From a virus (taxonomy: Duplodnaviria; Caudoviricetes): a DNA stretch of 64,000 nucleotides. Below, piece after piece: positions 27,230 through 36,017 of the stretch (positions are counted from its first letter, which is position 1; every line of letters begins with the position of its first letter). The stretch spans positions 1,381-65,380 of IMG/VR virus record IMGVR_UViG_3300021373_001027, one strand, 5' to 3'. The notes under the pieces are model-generated. The model searched no databases, was not told where the DNA came from, and saw only the letters and a list, made by a program, of their open reading frames with translations. A program made the translations under genes and the position numbers.

Positions 27230-29672
27230 TATTATTTCCTAGTAGTCCCTGTACCTGTTGGAGACGAAGCCTTGCTCGTTCAAATTCTTCCTCGGAAGCC
27301 AAGGAACGTTGCTCCATTTGATACTTAAGTGCCATTTCTTCCTGTTCAAGCTCAAGTCGTTGTTGCTCAGTAATAGACTTGACCTGATCATTTGTTTCTT
27401 TACGCTGCTGTTCCCGCAACTTAAGTGCCTGATTGTCTTGCTGAGTCTTTTCTTTCAACATCTGCTCACGATCCTTACGAGCCGCGTCTTGTTGTTGAAG
27501 TTGAATGAGCGGGTCTTGCTGCTTAGCTTGGTTTTGCTGAGCCTGCATTTCCTGTTTCTTCTGCTCGGTTATCTGCATAGAGGCATCTGCCAACAGACGA
27601 GAAAGCTGAAGTTCGATTTCTTCAGGCATTTCCTCATCAGGCGGCGGTAACTCAACGCCCATCTTAGCTTCAATCTCAGCCCTGTACTTAAACGCTACGT
27701 GTTCAGTAATGTGCGCTTGCAACGACGACATAATTTGCGGCGTCATTGGGTTTTGACCAATAGCTTGCATGATTTGAGGGTTCTGCATCATGCTTGTATG
27801 GGTGGCGATATGGGCATCGTGATCTTGGTAAACAAACGCTTTGATGGGTTTACCTACCATAGCTGCCATATTCTCACTTACAGGGTCTTTGGGTATGTGA
27901 TCCTCTGTAAGCGGTATGATCTTGTCAGCGTTTTTAATGCCAATCACATCAACCATCTGTCGGTGAAGCTGAGGCAGGTCATAGATTTGCGGAGCGGATT
28001 GCGCCATTTGCATAACAGCTTGATATTGAACAACTTTTTGAGCCATTGTCGCGCTGTTTGGATCACTAACAGGGATCACATCTACCGTAAGGTAGTCAGA
28101 CTTACGTGCTTTCTGCTCACCGGTACTCGGTAAAAAGTCATAGTTGTCTTGCGATCTGTCAGCGATCAAGTCCTTGATCAGCCTGAACTCCTGCTTCATG
28201 GCGTAGTGGACGCGAGACTGAACAGCGGTCATCGGCTTAAGCGTTCGCTCAAGCAGCGCCAGCGTTGTGCCAACCGGTGCGTTTGCTGACATATCAGAAA
28301 TATCTATATCTGAAATAGCGCCAAGCCTTCGACCTTCATTGGTAATCTTGTCCAGCAAAGCCAGCAATGTCTGACTAGGCTCTTTGTAGGGGAGAGGCAT
28401 TAAGTTCTCCCTAAGACTTCCAGAGGTAACATCAACGTCTTTCCACTCGCCGGGGGCAATTGGAGTGTCATCGCCGCGCACCCTCAAGTCTCGGGTTTTT
28501 AGACCCCCCGGCAAGTTAGCTAGTGTACCCGCGTCTACTAGCTGTCGGATTAGACTGGTTCCAGCACGAGCATATCCCCCGATTATGTGGATCAGACCTA
28601 ACCCATAAAAACCAAAACCTTGAGAGTAGACGTAATGGACAAAGTGCTGTCTGCGCTTATAAAGCGTGTCACCTTCTTCCCAGTTACGATAGATAGAAAG
28701 AATCTCATTACTGCTAGTGTCTATGGTAACGATGTAGGGCTTAACTTGATTGTCGTCAGCGTCTATATCATCAAACGCTAAATCAACGTGCACCTCAAAC
28801 AGCGTGTGCCGCCCATCCTCATTAATACTAAACCCGTCTGCTTCCGCCTTCTTCTCATCTATATCCGTTGTATAGGGAGCAGCATCGCCTAAATCAATGT
28901 CTCTATAGAACCCAGACTGCATTAGGCGGTCAACTTCGTTTGTCGTCTTACGCATAATGTGAGTTATACGCTCTGCGTTTTTCAGATTAGACGCACCATA
29001 AGGAACGACGATTTCTTCAGCGGGGACATACATAGCGACTTGTCGTGCGATACTATCGTCATAATAGACTTTCTTAAACGCACTGCCGCTAAGACCTAGA
29101 CTGTAGAGCATCCGTTCATGCTCACTTCGGTACTCATCCATGACCTCAGTAAGCTGATAGTTCATATCGGACTTAACACGTTCCGCAGCTTCTCTTGTGT
29201 CCTTATCTTCAATGCCGATAATTTTTGTCTTTACAGGGCCGCTCGCTGGGAACGTCTCTCCCATTGTTTCCGCTTGAAAACGAATAGCGGCCTCACTTAA
29301 GAGACTGGAGTAAACGCCACAGGCTCCATCCCAAGGTTGTCCACGTTCCTCATGTTTAATTCCTAGCAAGTCTAAACCTTCGACAAAAGTATCCGACCAT
29401 TCTTTTCGGCTAGTTATGTCAGATTCAACATCACCAACAATCTCATCACCCAGCGATTGAAGTACGTCTTCTGAAACAAATGACGCTAAATTAGCATCAA
29501 AAGGAATATTATCAGCCATCATAGTGTCAGGCATTAGCGCAATTTCCATGCCACCGTCGTCCAGAAGGATCGCGTCAGGCGTCTCAATCTCAATCTCAAT
29601 ATCTGCGTCCATCGAAGGCATTAAATCCCCCAGACCCATCGGCGCTTCGTACAAGCCTTTTTCAATAGCCAT
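27222..29672 (-). CDS. Portal protein (P22-like, long C-terminal coiled coil)
   Basis: 816 aa right after TerL; GFYGLGLIH...LVDAGTLANLP; Q/E-rich C-terminal barrel. Confidence 0.85.
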   Translation of the reverse strand: MAIEKGLYEAPMGLGDLMPSMDADIEIEIETPDAILLDDGGMEIALMPDTMMADNIPFDANLASFVSEDVLQSLGDEIVGDVESDITSRKEWSDTFVEGLDLLGIKHEERGQPWDGACGVYSSLLSEAAIRFQAETMGETFPASGPVKTKIIGIEDKDTREAAERVKSDMNYQLTEVMDEYRSEHERMLYSLGLSGSAFKKVYYDDSIARQVAMYVPAEEIVVPYGASNLKNAERITHIMRKTTNEVDRLMQSGFYRDIDLGDAAPYTTDIDEKKAEADGFSINEDGRHTLFEVHVDLAFDDIDADDNQVKPYIVTIDTSSNEILSIYRNWEEGDTLYKRRQHFVHYVYSQGFGFYGLGLIHIIGGYARAGTSLIRQLVDAGTLANLPGGLKTRDLRVRGDDTPIAPGEWKDVDVTSGSLRENLMPLPYKEPSQTLLALLDKITNEGRRLGAISDIDISDMSANAPVGTTLALLERTLKPMTAVQSRVHYAMKQEFRLIKDLIADRSQDNYDFLPSTGEQKARKSDYLTVDVIPVSDPNSATMAQKVVQYQAVMQMAQSAPQIYDLPQLHRQMVDVIGIKNADKIIPLTEDHIPKDPVSENMAAMVGKPIKAFVYQDHDAHIATHTSMMQNPQIMQAIGQNPMTPQIMSSLQAHITEHVAFKYRAEIEAKMGVELPPPDEEMPEEIELQLSRLLADASMQITEQKKQEMQAQQNQAKQQDPLIQLQQQDAARKDREQMLKEKTQQDNQALKLREQQRKETNDQVKSITEQQRLELEQEEMALKYQMEQRSLASEEEFERARLRLQQVQGLLGNNNV

Positions 29673-31222
29673 TAGTAATATCCACCCTTACGCCGTTTAA
29701 AATATTGAGTCTCTTCCGCTTCATCAGTGGGGAGGCGTATAAACCCACCTTGTCGGAAACGCATTAGAGCCATTACGGTTGAATCCACTCGGTCATCGTT
29801 TGACCCAAAAGGAAAGGCAGCGACTTCTTCAACTAGCTCATCTGCCCAACGTGTTTCAGGAACCCACACCATACCCGATGATACTATATCGCTAACAGAA
29901 TTTAACCTTGCCAGCTTGTCACCTGTGCCACGGTGGGGCGTATACTCAGAAACAGGCAACCCTGCTCTACGCATTTCTTGATAAATCGCCGTACCTGCGC
30001 TCTTTTTCTCTACGATAAAGGCGTCGGGTTCCCAGTCTTCATAGTTAGCCATACACATCTGTTTAAGCTCTGGGAACTCGTATCGCTCACAAATACTGTT
30101 TAACAGGATGATATGGTACGCATCTTCTTGATCATTAAAGAACACGCCCCACGTAGTTAACGATGTAAAGTCAGCACGGTTATGTTTTTCGGCGGCGGCG
30201 TCCAACGACATGATGACGTATTCGCAAGAGGGCGGGGACTCGGCTCGCCATCGTTTCCACCAATTACGTTTTATCAGTGCGGCTTCTTCGGCAGTGGGAT
30301 TCTGCTGATACTGGGCGTTCCACTGGAACAACGGCATACTTTCACGCGTGCGGTGTAACGCCTTTAGATCAAAGAACTCAGGCCACAGAGGAACTTCCTG
30401 CTCTTTACCCTTGCGCTTTACGTCAAGAATCGCTGGAAACTCAACAACCTCATACTGGTCAATGTCTTGATTCTTTGCCATATCCTTTGTCAGACGGCCC
30501 GTTAGGTCATCCAAGTGCCAACGTGTGTGTACGATAGCGACTCGACCTCCGGGCATAAGACGGGTTCGTGCGCCAAAACGGAACCAATCGTAGGCTTTGT
30601 CAAAAATTTCATAGTTGCCGTTTAGGATTTCTTGCTCGTTGTGCGGGTCATCGACCAGTAGGAGGTCGGCACCCCGTCCCGCCAACGCTGAACCTACACC
30701 TGTTGCGTAGAACTCACCGCCGTGGTCGGTGTTCCAACGCCCCGCTGATTTAGAATCGGACGCAAGCCCCACATCTTTAAATATCTCTCGGTAAGCATCA
30801 CTGGCTATGATGTTTCGCACCTTTCGGCCAAAGTCCACAGCAAGGTCTGCCGTGTGAGAAATCAGCATAACTTTCTTGTTGGGATTGCGACCCAAGAACC
30901 AAGCGGGGTAATAGGTCGAGGTAAGCTGTGACTTTCCGTGACGAGGGGGCATATTGATGCAAACACGATCTTTCGCACCAGACTCGGTTGCCATGAGCAT
31001 ATCGGCAAGCTTTCGGTGATGCTTACCGACAAGATAATCACTTTGCATGTGCTTACAAAACTCAATCAAATCATCCTTACAGCTTTGTACATAGTCCCTT
31101 CTCTGTAACTCATCAACCATTCGGTTGATTTCTTCTATTTCAGCCTCAGTATACTTATCGAGGTTGTTTAACATTATCTGAAGCTCTAGCTTCGTAAATG
31201 GAAGACCCTCACTCACTGTCAA
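29672..31222 (-). CDS. terL: Terminase large subunit
   Basis: Walker A MPPRHGKS, Walker B LLLVDDP, TRWH, RNase H-like nuclease (SLD, NDDRVDS). Confidence 0.92.
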   Translation of the reverse strand: MTVSEGLPFTKLELQIMLNNLDKYTEAEIEEINRMVDELQRRDYVQSCKDDLIEFCKHMQSDYLVGKHHRKLADMLMATESGAKDRVCINMPPRHGKSQLTSTYYPAWFLGRNPNKKVMLISHTADLAVDFGRKVRNIIASDAYREIFKDVGLASDSKSAGRWNTDHGGEFYATGVGSALAGRGADLLLVDDPHNEQEILNGNYEIFDKAYDWFRFGARTRLMPGGRVAIVHTRWHLDDLTGRLTKDMAKNQDIDQYEVVEFPAILDVKRKGKEQEVPLWPEFFDLKALHRTRESMPLFQWNAQYQQNPTAEEAALIKRNWWKRWRAESPPSCEYVIMSLDAAAEKHNRADFTSLTTWGVFFNDQEDAYHIILLNSICERYEFPELKQMCMANYEDWEPDAFIVEKKSAGTAIYQEMRRAGLPVSEYTPHRGTGDKLARLNSVSDIVSSGMVWVPETRWADELVEEVAAFPFGSNDDRVDSTVMALMRFRQGGFIRLPTDEAEETQYFKRRKGGYY

Positions 31223-31772
31223 TTATAACCGCGTCTTCTATGTCATCTAGCGTTTCATCACCCACTAGCTTGGACAGTTTGCTGCGTAGACTTTCTCGCA
31301 ACTCGTCGCTGGTCTGATGCGTCACGGTTATTTCGCGTTTTTCGGAGAACAGGCCCACATCAGAAATCTTACCTAGCAACTCCAATGCGCGTAACCGCAC
31401 CTTGGCGTCGTCGTGTTCGCTCTCCAGTAACAGTTTGTTGGTAATAAGGTTACGAATCTTCACAGAGTCGGTAACAACTAACCGGCCAAACTCGTCTAAT
31501 ATGTTACCTACGAGTAACACTGAGCTTGGCGTCATCGAACTTAGCCGCTGGTCGTTAACTTCTTTTGAAATTTTCGTCGGGTCTTCGGCGTATTCGTTAG
31601 CCAGTGTCACCGCTAGCTCGTGGTCGGCATCGGTTAAGTTGGCAATGTCCAATCCGTACAGCTCTAAGTGCTGCGCCGTTGCACAGGCGGCGTCGATTCG
31701 CTCTCTTAGGTCTAGATACCCAAGGTCATCAGGTATTTCAACGCCCAGTTCAGGGATTACCTCTAACGTCAT
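31209..31772 (-). CDS. Terminase small subunit-like protein
   Basis: Overlaps TerL start; RLRALELLGK motif. Confidence 0.6.
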   Translation of the reverse strand: MTLEVIPELGVEIPDDLGYLDLRERIDAACATAQHLELYGLDIANLTDADHELAVTLANEYAEDPTKISKEVNDQRLSSMTPSSVLLVGNILDEFGRLVVTDSVKIRNLITNKLLLESEHDDAKVRLRALELLGKISDVGLFSEKREITVTHQTSDELRESLRSKLSKLVGDETLDDIEDAVIIDSE

Positions 31773-31941
31773 ACTAAGTTTTTCGCAGGTTGTTCACCGA
31801 TTCCAGTGAGTATATAGCAAAAATTGTAAAGATAGTAAAGTAGTTAGGAGTCCCATAGGGGGGTACTTCCATATAAGAGGGGGTAGGGGCATCCCCCACC
31901 CCTGCGGAGCAGCTTCTTTCGCGAAAATTTTTATACCCTCT

Positions 31942-32018
31942 GCCAAACTGGCATAGGGTGTACGCCAAACTGGCATAGGGTGTATACCACTGGCGTATAC
32001 CACTGGCATAGGGTGCAC
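31942..32018. repeat. Short direct repeats upstream of terS
   Basis: ACTGGCATAGGGTG x3, with GCCAAACTGG x2 and GTATACCACTGGC x2. Confidence 0.8.
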
Positions 32019-32284
32019 ACTCGCTCTCACCCTCGCCCTCGCCCGATTTGAAAAAATACGTAATCATTCGTCTGGAATAGTAATAGTAGATAGTAGATAC
32101 AAAATTATATATACGCGGGGGTCGGTATACCGTGGGTTCCCCCACGCCCCTTAGATCGGGCTGGAGTCCCTATGCTAACAGGGATACAGTAACAGGTTAG
32201 GATAAAGTCGGAGATGTTGTTGAACTTGATTGGGTATTGTGAGGTAATGGCGTCACTGGCACAGCATAGTGCCAGCGCCTACAA

Positions 32285-32305
32285 AGTTATACACACTGTA
32301 TAACT
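32285..32305. promoter_or_regulatory. Dispersed palindrome, copy 1
   Basis: AGTTATAC-ACACT-GTATAACT, upstream of first early gene. Confidence 0.75.
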
Positions 32306-32331
32306 CGGGCTATTAAATAGAGACTATTACT

Positions 32332-32958
32332 ATGGAAAAGAAAGCAGACAAAATCGTCGTTACAGCAGCGGCGAAGCGTACCATCAAAGCAGTCGCAAAC
32401 GCGTTCACCGATGGTGAAATCGCAATGGTTGATGCCGTCAATAAGGCGCAGTCAAGTGCACAGCGTGGCGCTGATAAGCTGTTAGCAGCAGGTATGACAG
32501 TCAATATGATGTTAATAGATAAGAAGGCGCAGCGCGAGACTGAAATAGAGTTTGGCGGTAGCGTGCTAACAGTACTACACATTAGGCACTTGATCGACGT
32601 TGCAATGGTCGACGGGCTTTGTAAGGCGGGCGGTATATTCGGAGACGCGCACCATAAGGCGTTCAACAAGCCCACAAAGGAACGCACCGTTCAGGAAGCT
32701 AAAGATGCCAAAGCTGTACAGCAGCGCTTGGGAGTGCTAAGAGCGCGGCTTAAGCAGGCAATGGGCGCCACCACCACTAAAACGAGCGAGCCGAAGCAGC
32801 CCGTGTCACCGACCGAGAAACTACTTAAGCAGATCGGTGCGGTTATCAAGTCAATGCAGAAACTTGAAACACCGGAGTTTGATGTGACCGAAGCTTGCAA
32901 GTATGCCATCAAGGCAGGGCTGACAATCGACCCAACGTTCACACTCAACGATAAGTAA
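32332..32958 (+). CDS. Early hypothetical protein
   Basis: 208 aa A/K-rich ORF followed by terminator. Confidence 0.7.
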   Translation: MEKKADKIVVTAAAKRTIKAVANAFTDGEIAMVDAVNKAQSSAQRGADKLLAAGMTVNMMLIDKKAQRETEIEFGGSVLTVLHIRHLIDVAMVDGLCKAGGIFGDAHHKAFNKPTKERTVQEAKDAKAVQQRLGVLRARLKQAMGATTTKTSEPKQPVSPTEKLLKQIGAVIKSMQKLETPEFDVTEACKYAIKAGLTIDPTFTLNDK

Positions 32959-32966
32959 CTACCACT

Positions 32967-32991
32967 AGCCACCTTCGGGTGGCTTTTTTTT
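32967..32991 (+). terminator. Rho-independent terminator
   Basis: AGCCACC-TTCG-GGTGGCT followed by T-run. Confidence 0.85.
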
Positions 32992-33092
32992 CGCCCGCGA
33001 TTCGTGCGGGATTGATGCCAGTATATTAGTGTAGCATGTAGTTTTTGATGGCACGCTCACCGCATCGCAGAACTTTGAAGAGAACGGAGTAC

Positions 33093-33115
33093 AAGTTATA
33101 CACCGTGTATAACTT
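33093..33115. promoter_or_regulatory. Dispersed palindrome, copy 2
   Basis: AAGTTATAC-ACCGT-GTATAACTT. Confidence 0.78.
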
Positions 33116-33162
33116 AATAACGACATGATACCAGTAGATCGTGTAGCATCGTGTAGCTGGGA

Positions 33163-33700
33163 GTTGTAGGTTGTTATCGGTGGTTGTAGGTTGTTATCGG
33201 TTTCGCTTGGTTGTTATCGGTATTGTTACCTTTTTGGGACTTCCCGATAACAAAATACCATTTATAGGAACAGCTCACTAGATCACCCTCAGTGATACTC
33301 ATTACACTTCTAAATGATTGCAGATGGTGAGTAGTAGTAGTAGTAGATTATTCTTTTTTTATTTTGTTATCGTTTTTTATTTATTAACTATTATTGGGGG
33401 ATTCGCTAGACCCCGCTGGAATGCTATCACCCCCAAGCTAACTCCCCCTCACAAGGTAATAGACCCGATAACACGATAACATCGTAACAAATCAATGAAA
33501 TCAAGCACTTACCAAAAAAAACGGTAACAATACAATAACAAACGATAACAAAACGATAACAAAGCCAAAAGGTAACAATACAATCGCCCCCGATAACAAA
33601 CCAATCACGCCCAATAACAATACCCCGCTCACCAAATAACAAAAAGGTAACAAACCAATCACGCCCAATAACAATACAATAAACAGCCAATAACTAAATA
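33163..33700. repeat. Iteron-like repeat field, candidate replication origin
   Basis: GGTTGTTATCGG x3 on the left, about 14 TAACA(A)-core units (often CGATAACAA) on the right, AT-rich core ~33345-33395, exact 30-bp duplication 33594-33623/33648-33677. Confidence 0.65.
33499..33511 (+). promoter_or_regulatory. IHF-binding consensus site
   Basis: AATCAAGCACTTA matches WATCAANNNNTTR exactly, inside the iteron field. Confidence 0.5.
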
Positions 33701-33731
33701 AACTAGGGTTGCTTTACTTGGTTGGTTTTAC

Positions 33732-33760
33732 TTGACTCTAACGTGTTTAAAGCGTATAAT
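33732..33760 (+). promoter_or_regulatory. Sigma70-type early promoter
   Basis: TTGACT-17bp-TATAAT. Confidence 0.85.
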
Positions 33761-33766
33761 GGCTAT

Positions 33767-34250
33767 TCAATGGTAGTAATTTGTGTTTGGACGCGTTGCT
33801 ACCTATGCCGCACGACCCGCTTTGGTTGTGCTGTATGTTGACTGTTATAGAGCTAGCGATAGGGAGTGCGAAGTTATACACCACGTATAACTTTGGTCTG
33901 AAAGCCGTTGCAACCATACATCTTGTGGTCATGCGCGATCCTATCCACCGCCGGTCAGTCAGCCTACAGTTCCAACCGCTGCGGAGACGCACCCAACAAT
34001 CCAAACTAGCCAGTGAATACCGCGACGGGTACTGGCGAACCACGCAGCGAAAGCATATACATCTATCAAGTGTATATGTGAGTTGCGCGTGGAGTGGCTA
34101 TTCGATGAACCCTCCCGAATCCTCTGCACCACCGATCCCTCCGAGTCAGTATCCAATGAGCCTCGCGCCATGCAGCAATGCTGGCGAAAAATACCTGTCC
34201 ACGGTTTCTCAATACCGTGTTGATAAAGCCATAGCAGAAACAGGTTAACA
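33767..34250 (+). ncRNA. Candidate large structured RNA or 5' leader (~480 nt)
   Basis: About 10 stems with G-U pairs and GNRA loops directly after the promoter; no credible RBS-led ORF. Confidence 0.55.
33871..33893. promoter_or_regulatory. Dispersed palindrome, copy 3
   Basis: AAGTTATAC-ACCAC-GTATAACTT, inside the structured RNA. Confidence 0.75.
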
Positions 34251-34266
34251 ATAACGGAGACTTACC

Positions 34267-34491
34267 ATGAATCGACTACGCAAATCCTCGTACCACTACA
34301 GTAACTATTCCCTCCGCACTACGGAGTCTATTCCCAGTGCACCGGTTACACCGTTCAACCCCGAGGCCGAAGGTCGGGTAACAACCCAGACCTACACCGG
34401 CTCACTGGTCAAGGGCATCGCAACGATGCACAAGTCTAACCTGATCCCTGTCACTTCGGGCATCGGGACTAATCCTAAAATCACAAGCTAA
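34267..34491 (+). CDS. Conserved phage hypothetical protein
   Basis: YTGSLVKGIATMHKSNLIPV motif, recalled from T4-like phage hypotheticals; RBS GGAGA. Confidence 0.7.
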   Translation: MNRLRKSSYHYSNYSLRTTESIPSAPVTPFNPEAEGRVTTQTYTGSLVKGIATMHKSNLIPVTSGIGTNPKITS

Positions 34492-34511
34492 GTTATACAC
34501 CGTGTATAACT
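34491..34511. promoter_or_regulatory. Dispersed palindrome, copy 4
   Basis: AGTTATAC-ACCGT-GTATAACT overlapping a TAA stop, just before RBS AAGGAG. Confidence 0.78.
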
Positions 34512-34525
34512 ATTAAGGAGAAAAA

Positions 34526-34873
34526 ATGGGAACAAGAAAAAGAAACATAGCCAACGCGATGTTATCAAGGCCATCGCAGATCGCCACTATTGTTAACAAC
34601 CTGCCTTGTCCACCCGATGCGATCATCGCGCAATCCCGAGACAACATGACAGTGCTAAAAGCTGTGATGCTCTGGGAGTTGTACGATGATTGGTCGTACG
34701 AGTTAGCGTTAAATAACTACGAGCGTCGTTCTCGGCATTACGTTAACGCGGCGTCTGTACTTAGTGACTGGTTAAAGAGTGAGTACAACATCAGACCGCT
34801 TGATGTGTTAATGCCCAACCCTGCACCAATAAACAACCCATTCAAAAAAATCTTTGGAGAAAACCATGACTGA
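34526..34873 (+). CDS. Hypothetical protein
   Basis: Strong RBS TAAGGAG; 115 aa. Confidence 0.65.
   Translation: MGTRKRNIANAMLSRPSQIATIVNNLPCPPDAIIAQSRDNMTVLKAVMLWELYDDWSYELALNNYERRSRHYVNAASVLSDWLKSEYNIRPLDVLMPNPAPINNPFKKIFGENHD
34849..34869 (+). repeat. 21-bp exact repeat spanning RBS and ATG (second copy 36001-36021)
   Basis: AATCTTTGGAGAAAACCATGA precedes both the DUF3150-like and AAA genes. Confidence 0.9.
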
Positions 34874-35768
34874 ACTAAACTTTAACACCCCCGATATTCA
34901 AACGGACGTATCCCTTGCCACTAGCGCGTGCCTTGTAAGCTGGAACGTATCGGCGTGGTCGGGCCGTAAGAAAGACACCAAGGCAGCGGGTAGCCTATCA
35001 ATGGCAACCGGCGCAACCACCAAATCTGTGTCTGTACATAAAAAGCTGATCAGCCTACCTGAGTTTGAAGCCATCAGTAAGCACGTTGGCTGGGTACGCA
35101 ATAACTTTCACTACACTAAGACCTTACCTTGGTCTGATACAGGCTTGCGGTTACTCGCCACCGAGGAGTTGTTCGACTACAAGCCACAAATGGAGGAACA
35201 CGCGCAGGAGTTCGATAGGCTTGTTCGTGAGTTCTTTTCAGTATACCTAGACGCGATCAACCGAGGTCGTAACGAGTTAGGTACGCTGTTTGACGAGACG
35301 CAGTACCCTACGCTGGACGAGCTTGCTAGTAAGTTCTCATGGCGTACGACGTTTATCCCTGTACCTACGAGTAATGACTTCCGCATTGATGTATCCCAAG
35401 TGCAGAAAGATAGCTTGGCGAGTGAGTACGAGGACTTCTATCAAGCTGAGATGAAGCGTGCAATGGATACCGTGTGGGTAGACTTGCATACGTCACTGGT
35501 AGAGCTAAGCCAGAAGCTTGACTTTGAAGCGGCTGGTAAGAAAAACAAGTTGTTTGCATCACGGCTGGATACCATACGCCAGCTAACCCGATTGCTGGGG
35601 TCATGTAACTTTACCAACGATCCCAAAATGTCTGCTATGCAGCGCAAACTGGCATCAGCGTTTGACGGCTTGACGGTGGAGCAGCTTCGCCACAGTGATT
35701 CATTGCGTGTCGAGACTAAAGCTGAGCTTGACGATGCTATCCGACAGCTTCCTAGTTTGGACTTCTAA
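34866..35768 (+). CDS. DUF3150-like protein
   Basis: SAWSGRKKD...TLPW...YP...KF pattern; upstream of AAA+VWA pair; start re-called at ATG after GGAGA. Confidence 0.55.
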   Translation: MTELNFNTPDIQTDVSLATSACLVSWNVSAWSGRKKDTKAAGSLSMATGATTKSVSVHKKLISLPEFEAISKHVGWVRNNFHYTKTLPWSDTGLRLLATEELFDYKPQMEEHAQEFDRLVREFFSVYLDAINRGRNELGTLFDETQYPTLDELASKFSWRTTFIPVPTSNDFRIDVSQVQKDSLASEYEDFYQAEMKRAMDTVWVDLHTSLVELSQKLDFEAAGKKNKLFASRLDTIRQLTRLLGSCNFTNDPKMSAMQRKLASAFDGLTVEQLRHSDSLRVETKAELDDAIRQLPSLDF

Positions 35769-35788
35769 AGTTATACATCGGTATAACT
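35769..35788. promoter_or_regulatory. Dispersed palindrome, copy 5
   Basis: AGTTATAC-ATCG-GTATAACT immediately after a stop codon. Confidence 0.75.
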
Positions 35789-35795
35789 ATCTAAT

Positions 35796-36002
35796 ATGAA
35801 GTATTACGTTGAAGCATATTACGAGGATGGTGGTCAAATCCTCGGTAATCTGGACGGGCAAGCGGTGCTTAGGTGCCGCAACCCCCGTCGAACCAAGCAC
35901 TACCGTCATTTACAAGACGTTATTGCTCAAGGCAAGCACCCCAAAGTTTCGTACTACCGTATCGTAGACGAACATAACCGACTGTTTGAAACCATCATAT
36001 AA
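35796..36002 (+). CDS. Hypothetical protein
   Basis: 68 aa ORF filling the gap between palindrome and 21-bp repeat. Confidence 0.55.
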   Translation: MKYYVEAYYEDGGQILGNLDGQAVLRCRNPRRTKHYRHLQDVIAQGKHPKVSYYRIVDEHNRLFETII

Positions 36003-36017
36003 TCTTTGGAGAAAACC

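Noticed and set aside
31774-32145. 123-aa and 78-aa minus-strand ORFs upstream of terS
   Set aside because: They translate the short DNA repeats; no RBS or protein-like character.
33781-34248. 155-aa ORF after the early promoter
   Set aside because: TTG start without RBS, atypical composition; pervasive base-pairing explains the region better.
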